32,000 bases of DNA from Psychrobacter sp. HD31 (GTDB lineage Bacteria > Pseudomonadota > Gammaproteobacteria > Pseudomonadales > Moraxellaceae): positions 1,920,001 to 1,952,000 of the forward strand of contig NZ_CP142525.1 of assembly GCF_051097895.1 (NCBI RefSeq), read 5' to 3'. Position numbers and translations under genes: made by a program. The notes beneath the pieces are model-generated. The model ran no database searches and was not told where the DNA came from. It worked only from the letters and a program-made list of their open reading frames with translations. Positions 18,689-25,497 of the stretch are shown here, piece after piece (the stretch's first letter is position 1; the number at the start of each line of letters is the position of its first letter).

Positions 18689-20083
18689 CTAGCAACATAC
18701 ATTTTCAATATAAGCTCTTAACCACTCTAAAAACTCATCACTGGTGCGTGTGACATTTAATCGGATATGATGTTTAAAACGCCCTGTGGGTGAAAACAAA
18801 TGTCCTGGAGCAACCAACCATTGTTCTTTATGAGCTTGTAAGGCAAGTTCTGCGGTATCGATTATGCCCTCATTACTCAAATCAAGCCACATAAATAGAC
18901 AAGGGTTGCTGTCTGTTGGCGGAGTGAAGCCATGTTTTTTAAGACGTTTAAGTAAGGTATGATGTGCTTTTGCCAATCGAGACTGTATGTTTTTTTCATG
19001 TTTGGCAAAGGCAGGGTCTTGCCAAATGTAAGTAATGGTTCGTTCTGTCATCTCTGGGCAAGTCATATTACTCAGCATTTTTTGGCGTAAGACCGCTTGC
19101 AAATGCTGTTCAGGGCAAACCGTCAAGGCAATCCGCCAATTACCACCAAGCACTTTTGACACCCCATTTAGATAAAACACCCGTTTAAAACCATCTAAGG
19201 TGGCATAGCGCACCATGGTTTTGTCTGGATTAAAGGCACTATACACATCATCTTCCACCACATAACAATCATACTTTTCCATCAATTGCAGTACGGCAAA
19301 TACACTGGTCGGTGTGATGTTGTAAGAGGTTGGGTTGTGTAATGTGGTATTGGTAATATAAAGCTTGGGTTGATAATGCTGAAGAATGGCTTCTAGTTGT
19401 TCTAAATCTAGGCCATCAGCAGTGCGAGTAACGCCAACCACATTCATCCCTAAGTTTTGCAAACTACCAATAATCCAAAACCACGTTGGGTCATCGACGA
19501 CAACCGTATCACCCACCTGACACATGGCTTGAACAATGGTCACAATACCTGCAGACACTCCTGTGGTGGTAATCATCATTGAGGGATGTGCCGAGATACC
19601 CATATCGTCGAGCTGACGAGCAAACTGCTCACGCAATCCATGATAGCCTTGCAAATGCCCATATTCATAGACATAGTCTAGCTCATTGATGACTTTGCGA
19701 CTGGCGGAGAGCATGTGTTTTTTGGGCATCAGCCAATCAGGAGGCAACAAACCACTGCCCGAAGCACGTGTGCGAGGTAAGTCATTAAACAAATGAGTGA
19801 GTAGCCAACCCGTATCTAACACATTATTGGTCATCGCTGGCAGGGCAACCGCATGGGTCTTTTGCATCTCCTTGGGTTCACGCACATAATAGCCTGCCCC
19901 TTGACGGGCATAGATATAACCTTGGGCAACAAGGGTGTCATAGGCTTGGCTAACGGTATAAGGAGATACGCCAAGCTTGTTTGCCATATCTCGTACCGAG
20001 GGTATGCGTGTGTTGGGGTGATAAACCTGCCATTGGATTTTTTCAATGATGTGAGTTTGGACGAGCTGTGTTTTGGTGGTCAT
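18689..20083 (-). CDS. MocR-subfamily GntR transcriptional regulator (wHTH + class I aminotransferase-like domain)
   Basis: 464 aa. The N-terminal GntR wHTH is IPSVRDMANKLGVSPYTVSQAYDTLVAQGYIYARQGAGYYV. It is followed by an aminotransferase-fold domain of about 350 aa with a PLP-lysine context (NGVSKVLGG). Confidence 0.9.
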   Translation of the reverse strand: MTTKTQLVQTHIIEKIQWQVYHPNTRIPSVRDMANKLGVSPYTVSQAYDTLVAQGYIYARQGAGYYVREPKEMQKTHAVALPAMTNNVLDTGWLLTHLFNDLPRTRASGSGLLPPDWLMPKKHMLSASRKVINELDYVYEYGHLQGYHGLREQFARQLDDMGISAHPSMMITTTGVSAGIVTIVQAMCQVGDTVVVDDPTWFWIIGSLQNLGMNVVGVTRTADGLDLEQLEAILQHYQPKLYITNTTLHNPTSYNITPTSVFAVLQLMEKYDCYVVEDDVYSAFNPDKTMVRYATLDGFKRVFYLNGVSKVLGGNWRIALTVCPEQHLQAVLRQKMLSNMTCPEMTERTITYIWQDPAFAKHEKNIQSRLAKAHHTLLKRLKKHGFTPPTDSNPCLFMWLDLSNEGIIDTAELALQAHKEQWLVAPGHLFSPTGRFKHHIRLNVTRTSDEFLEWLRAYIENVCC

Positions 20084-20313
20084 TTAATAATCCCAGTTAG
20101 TGAGCTTTTTTTAGCTTTATCAGGTGTTCATCATAAGTTTGAATATACACTAATCTAGACTTTATAAGATTTAAAAAAATATAGTTCTAAAGTTTGCTAA
20201 CTAAGTTTGTATTCTTTTATGTTAAATCTGTTTTCTATTTTTAAATAGGCAAGCATAGTTCTTATGCACTTTCTATGAGTCAAATAGACAATAAAGTGCA
20301 AAGCTAGCAAGAA

Positions 20314-20378
20314 AACTGTACTGAAAAAATAACCGCAACAGTTTATAAAAAATAGTCCTTAACTGTATCGGTACTGTT
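20314..20378. promoter_or_regulatory. candidate MocR operator / eamA promoter region (AACTGT repeats)
   Basis: AACTGTA occurs at 20314-20320 and 20361-20367. TACTGTT is at 20372-20378 and the inverted AACAGTT at 20337-20343. All lie 60-125 bp upstream of the EamA start. Confidence 0.3.
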
Positions 20379-20437
20379 TTAGTCTACCATGCTATTTTAG
20401 CTACTCAAAATATTCATATACGACTTGAGAAACTCCC

Positions 20438-21292
20438 ATGCCACTCAAACATACTCTTCTTGCCATTCTCGTCACCATTATTTGGGGCGTGAATTTTACC
20501 TTTATTAAATGGGGGCTTGAGAGTTTTGACCCCATCATGCTGACGGCAATGCGGTTTATTTTCACAGCAATACCGCTGATATTTTTTGTTAAACGACCTA
20601 AATTTAATCTGGTATTTATGACCTATGCGGTGGGTACATTTGCCATTCAATATGGATTGTTGTTTTATGCTATGCAACTGGGTGCGTCCGCAGGGTTGTC
20701 TGCATTGATATTGCAAATACAAGTGTTTATCACCTTATTTTTAGCGTATCTGTTATTAGGAGAAAGTATTAACCGCTGGCAGATAATTGGACTAATAATA
20801 GCGGTGCTTGGTCTTGGTTTGATTGGTATCAATGTTGGTGGAGATATGCCATTGCTCGGATTTATCTGTATCTTAATGTCAGCAACTGGCTGGAGCTTTG
20901 GTAACATTGCTTCAAAAAAATTAATGGGAAGTTCACCTCTGTCTTTAGTGGCCTGGGGTGGTCTGATTGTGGCGGTGTTGATGTCTATTCTGTCATGGTT
21001 CTTAGAGCCAAATACTTGGACAGTAAGCACATTTAGCGAGGCAAGCATCAAATCTTGGTTGTCTTTAAGCTTTATTGTGTATGTTTCAACGTTAATGGGA
21101 TTTGTGATGTGGACATTTTTACTACAAAACAACAGTGCTTCTAAAGTGATGCCATTTGCACTGCTTGTGCCTATTATTGGTATGTTTGCTTCGGTTGTTT
21201 TAACTGGTGAAACCATGACATGGTGGAAAGTAGTTGCCATGGTACTGATTATGTTGGGTTTGGGGGTAAGTAGGAAGCCTGTTACTGACTAA
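20438..21292 (+). CDS. EamA/RhaT (DMT superfamily) transporter
   Basis: 284 aa, about 10 predicted TM helices in two EamA-like halves. The gene is divergent from a MocR regulator, a commonly described pairing. Confidence 0.88.
   Translation: MPLKHTLLAILVTIIWGVNFTFIKWGLESFDPIMLTAMRFIFTAIPLIFFVKRPKFNLVFMTYAVGTFAIQYGLLFYAMQLGASAGLSALILQIQVFITLFLAYLLLGESINRWQIIGLIIAVLGLGLIGINVGGDMPLLGFICILMSATGWSFGNIASKKLMGSSPLSLVAWGGLIVAVLMSILSWFLEPNTWTVSTFSEASIKSWLSLSFIVYVSTLMGFVMWTFLLQNNSASKVMPFALLVPIIGMFASVVLTGETMTWWKVVAMVLIMLGLGVSRKPVTD
21155..21282 (+). repeat. 128-bp direct repeat, copy a (functional 3' end of the EamA gene)
   Basis: Ungapped hand alignment to 22857-22984 gives 115 of 128 identical positions. 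The first 34 bp are identical. Confidence 0.85.
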
Positions 21293-21303
21293 TTTTTATA
21301 CAG

Positions 21304-21483
21304 ATGGGAACACAATATCCGATTTTGCTGACCTTCATCAGTCCTATTCATCCACGCTCATACCATGCTCATGTGGATAAATTGGGTCTACAAGTGATTA
21401 AAAACTTTACCTTTAATGATAATAACTATTATGAGCTGGGGTATGATACGAGTGTGTCTATTTTTCAGTTAGGCATAAAATAA
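21304..21483 (+). CDS. 59-codon ORF immediately upstream of the DUF711 gene (uncertain; possibly a gene fragment)
   Basis: ATG at 21304, TAA at 21481-21483, so it falls below the 60-aa cut-off of the ORF track. It translates to MGTQYPILLTFISPIHPRSYHAHVDKLGLQVIKNFTFNDNNYYELGYDTSVSIFQLGIK. There is no convincing SD. Its stop abuts the DUF711 SD (AAGGAA). Confidence 0.25.
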   Translation: MGTQYPILLTFISPIHPRSYHAHVDKLGLQVIKNFTFNDNNYYELGYDTSVSIFQLGIK

Positions 21484-21494
21484 GGAATAGAGTA

Positions 21495-22826
21495 ATGAAC
21501 AATATTATCAATGCAGAAAGCTATAAAAATCAGAAACTATGCCGAGTGCGAGCCGTTACTGCCTTTATCACCTTACCGAAAGACAGTAACCTTTGGTACG
21601 ATATTCTAGCCGAAGGAAAACGCCAATGTGATACCCTTGCTATCGCCTTACAACAAGCAGGTTATCATGTGCAAAGCCTACGCCTTGTGACCAATCCATT
21701 TGGAGAGTACCTCAACACAAGCGACATTAACACTGCTAAAAAAAGTTTGGCACAGATTACCCAACATCTTGACGAACTGAACAAAAATAATGAGTTGCGT
21801 ATCCGTTTTGCAATTGGCGAGGCATGTACCGCTCATGAGATTGCCTTACTACCCGAGCTTATCAAAGATTATGGCGATTTGTGTAATGCTTGTGTCAACG
21901 TGCCGATGAATGAGCATGGGTTTTTACAACATGAGTTGATTGAGCAGTCGGTGCAAGCTATCCAACAGATTGCGGATATCACGCCCAATGGCGAGGGCAA
22001 TTTTAACTTTACCGTCAATTTTAATTGCGATAGCTATATTCCCTATTTTCCTGCCAGTTATCATCGCCCAAAACAAGCAAACGACAAGGCTAATGTAGAT
22101 AAGGCAGTCGTGGTGGGCTTAGAAACGCCTGATTTATTGGTTGATGTGTTGCAGTCAGTATCCCCTCTAACTCTCCCTTATCAAGGGGAGGTCTGTGAAA
22201 ACCAAACATCTAACAACGTTGATAACTGTGCTGATAACCACGCTGAATTTATGCAACAGGCATACACCGCTATGCACACAGCCTTGCAATATCATGTGGA
22301 TAAAGTGGTTGGCGTGATTGACAATACCTCTCTTGAGCAAGGCTGGCAGTTTATTGGCATGGATACCTCCGCCGCACCGTCCAAGGATTGTGCTAGTATG
22401 GTTGAGGTGTATCAACTGCTGGGTGTACCCTATTTTGGGGCAAGTGGTACGGTTGAAGCTTCGGCATTATTAACCAAGGTGTTTAAGTCGGTAAACAATG
22501 TTCAGCAGGTTGGTTTTTCTGGGTTGATGTTGGCGGTTACCGAGGATACAGGACTTGCCAAAGCGACAATCAATCAGCAGTTTGACATCAAAGACTTGCT
22601 GACTTATAGCAGTGTCTGTGGCATTGGATTAGATACGGTGCCGATTGAGGGCGACACCCCAAGTGAAAAAATCTGTGCCATCATTCGAGACACTGGCACC
22701 ATGGCGTTTAGGCTTAATAAACCGCTAACGGTACGACTGTTTCCTGTACCGAAGCTAACCGCAGGCGAGATGACCAGCTTTGACAGTGATGATTTGTGTA
22801 ATTGTGCTGTGTTGGTGGTACCTTAG
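21495..22826 (+). CDS. DUF711 / UPF0210 family protein (PF05167-like), function unknown
   Basis: 443 aa. The C-terminal half (FSGLMLAVTEDTGL...SSVCGIGLDTVPIEGDTPSEKICAIIRDTGTMAF..NKPLTVRLFPVP) is colinear with UPF0210 proteins of Firmicutes as I recall them (LSGAFIPVSEDEGM...CSVGLDMIAIPEDTP...). AAGGAA SD upstream. Confidence 0.8.
   Translation: MNNIINAESYKNQKLCRVRAVTAFITLPKDSNLWYDILAEGKRQCDTLAIALQQAGYHVQSLRLVTNPFGEYLNTSDINTAKKSLAQITQHLDELNKNNELRIRFAIGEACTAHEIALLPELIKDYGDLCNACVNVPMNEHGFLQHELIEQSVQAIQQIADITPNGEGNFNFTVNFNCDSYIPYFPASYHRPKQANDKANVDKAVVVGLETPDLLVDVLQSVSPLTLPYQGEVCENQTSNNVDNCADNHAEFMQQAYTAMHTALQYHVDKVVGVIDNTSLEQGWQFIGMDTSAAPSKDCASMVEVYQLLGVPYFGASGTVEASALLTKVFKSVNNVQQVGFSGLMLAVTEDTGLAKATINQQFDIKDLLTYSSVCGIGLDTVPIEGDTPSEKICAIIRDTGTMAFRLNKPLTVRLFPVPKLTAGEMTSFDSDDLCNCAVLVVP
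22163..22190 (+). repeat. intragenic copy of the small hairpin repeat (CCCTCTAACTC...CAAGGGGAG)
   Basis: CCCTCTAACTCTCCCTTATCAAGGGGAG lies inside the DUF711 CDS and encodes ..SPLTLPYQGEV... It shares an 11-mer plus the stem arm with 17007-17035. Confidence 0.45.
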
Positions 22827-22856
22827 CCTTAATGGGAGGTAATTCTCAAGCCTTTT

Positions 22857-22994
22857 TTTGCACTGCTTGTGCCTATTATTGGTATGTTTGTTTCGATTGT
22901 TTTAACTGGCAAAGCCATAACATGGTAGAAGGTAGTTGCCATGGTTCTGATCATGTTGGGTTTAGTGGTGAGTAGGAAGCCTGTAAAGATATAA
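22857..22994 (+). pseudogene. relic 3' end of the EamA transporter gene (128-bp repeat copy b plus its own stop)
   Basis: In the EamA frame it reads FALLVPIIGMFVSIVLTGKAITW*KVVAMVLIMLGLVVSRKPVKI*. The live gene reads FALLVPIIGMFASVVLTGETMTWWKVVAMVLIMLGLGVSRKPVTD*. There is an internal TAG at 22926-22928 and no upstream coding continuation. Confidence 0.85.
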
Positions 22995-23365
22995 AAAAGC
23001 CCATTTATAGTTAAAGAACTATGTCAAATAGCAAAAAATTGCTCAAACATATCTCCTCCTAAATTGTACTCCTATAACTACCAATACAGTTTGTTAATAT
23101 GGCCTAAGAGTGTATCGGGATTATCAATGGTTTTTTGGCTATGATATAACTCACTTATTAGAAGCCAATATGCTGTAAACCTGAGATTGAAAATCTGAAA
23201 AGATGCTCACACCAATCACTATTTAATGTACTGAGTCAGAATAGTGCTGAGTTTTATCTACTAAGGGCAAAAAGCATGCGTGTTTTTAAATTTGGTAATT
23301 AAATCACAAGAATTTTACGAGTTAATAGGGCATATGTTTGTTGCCTTAATATAATAGGAATAACC

Positions 23366-24058
23366 ATGAAAACGATAGGTATTTTAGGTGGTATGAGCTA
23401 TGAATCAACCGCTAACTATTACACGCTCATCAATAAAAAAGTCAATGAACGACTTGGCAAAAATCACTCAGCAAAACTGCTGATTGCCAGTGTCGATTTT
23501 GAAGAAGTGGTTCAGCAACAAAAATCTGGCGATTGGCAAGCGTCTAGCAATCTGCTTGCTCAACAGGCAAAAAATCTGCAATCATCAGGTGCTGAAGCGG
23601 TGTTATTATCTACTAATACCATGCACAAGGTGGCGGATGGTATACAAAATGCCATTGATGTTCCCTTTTTACACATTGTTGACTGTATGGCAGATGAATT
23701 ACTGGCAAATGGTATCGAAACCGTTGGTTTGTTAGGTACAGCATTTACCATGCAAGATGGTTTTTATCACCAAGTGCTGGAAAACCGAGGAATCAAAGTG
23801 GTTACGCCAGATTTAGAGATTCAGCCAGAAATTCATCGTATTATTTTTGATGAGCTGTGTCATGGTACAGTGTTAGACACTTCTTGTGACGTTTATATCC
23901 AAGCCATTGAGCAACTAAAAGACAACCAAGCTCAAGCCGTGATTTTAGGCTGTACAGAAATCGGTTTAATGATTCACCAAGATAACAGTCCGTTGCCTGT
24001 GTTTGATAGCACCCTTGTGCATGTAGAAAAAGCAGTTGAGTGGATTTTAGGTGAGTAG
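23366..24058 (+). CDS. ygeA: aspartate/glutamate racemase family protein (YgeA-like broad-specificity amino-acid racemase)
   Basis: 230 aa, colinear with E. coli YgeA as I recall it: MKTIGILGGMSYEST, STNTMHKVAD, LGCTEIGL. Confidence 0.85.
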   Translation: MKTIGILGGMSYESTANYYTLINKKVNERLGKNHSAKLLIASVDFEEVVQQQKSGDWQASSNLLAQQAKNLQSSGAEAVLLSTNTMHKVADGIQNAIDVPFLHIVDCMADELLANGIETVGLLGTAFTMQDGFYHQVLENRGIKVVTPDLEIQPEIHRIIFDELCHGTVLDTSCDVYIQAIEQLKDNQAQAVILGCTEIGLMIHQDNSPLPVFDSTLVHVEKAVEWILGE

Positions 24059-24071
24059 GTAATACGCTGAT

Positions 24072-24111
24072 AAAAAAAGCATAAGCTTGGTAAATTTAAG
24101 CTTATGCTTTT
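24072..24111. terminator. bidirectional rho-independent terminator between convergent genes
   Basis: Stem GCATAAGCTT (24079-24088) pairs with AAGCTTATGC (24098-24107), flanked by A7 and T4 runs. Confidence 0.7.
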
Positions 24112-24135
24112 GGGTATTTATCCGCTAAAAAATGG

Positions 24136-25347
24136 TTATGCTAATAGCGTTTTAATCCGTTTAATGGCTTCTTGGCTTTCTTCTACACTGGCTACTAAAG
24201 CAAGACGAACATAGCCTTTACCAGGGTTGTATCCATTAACCTCTCGTGATAAATACCGCCCAGCTAGTGCGTAGATATTTACCTTTTCTAATAATTCTTT
24301 GACGAAGTGTTCATCATCATTATTAAATTTATCGGGTACTTTTACCCAAAAATAAAAACTGGCATCTGGGTGGCGTAGCTCTAATAAGTCGCCAAGTTCT
24401 TGCATCCATAAAGCAAATTTTTCGCGATACAGTACACGGTTGGCCTCGACATGCTCTTCATCTTGCCATGCTTTAATAGAGGCATATTGATGATGAATTG
24501 GCATAGCACAACCTTGGTAGGTGCGGTATTGCAGGTAAGGTTTTAGTAAGTTTGCATCACCGGCAATAAAACCAGAGCGTAAACCTGGTAAGTTAGAGCG
24601 CTTAGACAATGAGTGAAAAACCACGCAATTTTTATAATCATTTCTTTCTAACTTTGCACATACTTCTAGTAAGCCAACAGGTGGGGCATCAAAATACAGC
24701 TCGCTATAGCATTCATCACTGGCGATGATAAAGTTGTATTTGTCTGACAATGCTATCAGTTCTTTCCAATCGTTTTCTGATAGCACTGAGCCTGTCGGGT
24801 TGTTTGGGCTGCATACAAATAGCAGTTGTGTTCGCTCCCAAATCTCTGCAGGTACTTGGTGATAGTCTGCTTTAAAGTTGTTTTCTGGCGTACAAGGCAC
24901 ATAATAGGGCTCGGCTTCTGCCAAAATTGCTGCGCCTTCGTATATTTGATAAAACGGATTTGGCATGACAATAACCGGCTTTTGGTTTGGTGTGTCGTCA
25001 GTGCATGTTGTATCAATACAAGCTTGTACAAAGCTAAAAATGGCTTCGCGTGTGCCCATAACAGGGATAACTTCTGATGTTGGGTTAATATCATTTAAGT
25101 TAAAACGCTGTTTTAGCCAATCGGCAATCGTTTGTGATAACTCGGGTATGCCACCAGTTGTTGGGTAGTTTTGAACTTTGCCTGCATGAGCAATGAGTTC
25201 ATCTAATACAAATTGTGGTGGCAAATGTTTGGGTTCACCAATGCCAAGTTTAATTGGCGCATAATCACTGGCGGGGGTTATATCAGCCAGTAAGGTTGCC
25301 ATTTTAGAAAATGGATAAGGATGAAGGAGATTAAGGTTTGAGTTCAT
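24136..25347 (-). CDS. dapC: class I aminotransferase, succinyldiaminopimelate transaminase (DapC) type
   Basis: The ATG at 25347 follows GAGGA, while the track start at 25359 is a TTG. The N-terminus contains LHPYPFSKMATLL and the PLP-lysine context is SLSKRSNLPGLRSG. The gene lies near glnD, as the dapC-type gene does in Pseudomonas (from memory). Confidence 0.75.
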   Translation of the reverse strand: MNSNLNLLHPYPFSKMATLLADITPASDYAPIKLGIGEPKHLPPQFVLDELIAHAGKVQNYPTTGGIPELSQTIADWLKQRFNLNDINPTSEVIPVMGTREAIFSFVQACIDTTCTDDTPNQKPVIVMPNPFYQIYEGAAILAEAEPYYVPCTPENNFKADYHQVPAEIWERTQLLFVCSPNNPTGSVLSENDWKELIALSDKYNFIIASDECYSELYFDAPPVGLLEVCAKLERNDYKNCVVFHSLSKRSNLPGLRSGFIAGDANLLKPYLQYRTYQGCAMPIHHQYASIKAWQDEEHVEANRVLYREKFALWMQELGDLLELRHPDASFYFWVKVPDKFNNDDEHFVKELLEKVNIYALAGRYLSREVNGYNPGKGYVRLALVASVEESQEAIKRIKTLLA

Positions 25348-25428
25348 GGCTATCCTCAAAAAAGCGTCAGTCAGAATTTGTGTAAAATTTCAGCTAGTTT
25401 ATCAGAAATTGCTTTGATAAAGAAAAAT

Positions 25429-25461
25429 AAAAAGACGGCTTACCAATAGCAGCCGTCTTTT
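25429..25461 (-). terminator. rho-independent terminator after the DASS transporter gene
   Basis: Stem AGACGGCT (25433-25440) pairs with AGCCGTCT (25451-25458). On the minus strand it is followed by CTTTTTATTTTT. Confidence 0.65.
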
Positions 25462-25497
25462 AAAATGAGTTAGTAAAGTTTTATGGTTCAAAGGGAG

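Noticed and set aside
23024-23050. 8-codon minus-strand mini-ORF (MFEQFFAI) with a perfect AGGAGG SD in the spacer after the relic EamA end.
   Set aside because: There is no downstream gene on that strand for it to regulate, and it points into the 3' end of the DUF711 gene. It could be a relic of the displaced locus, with no evidence of function.
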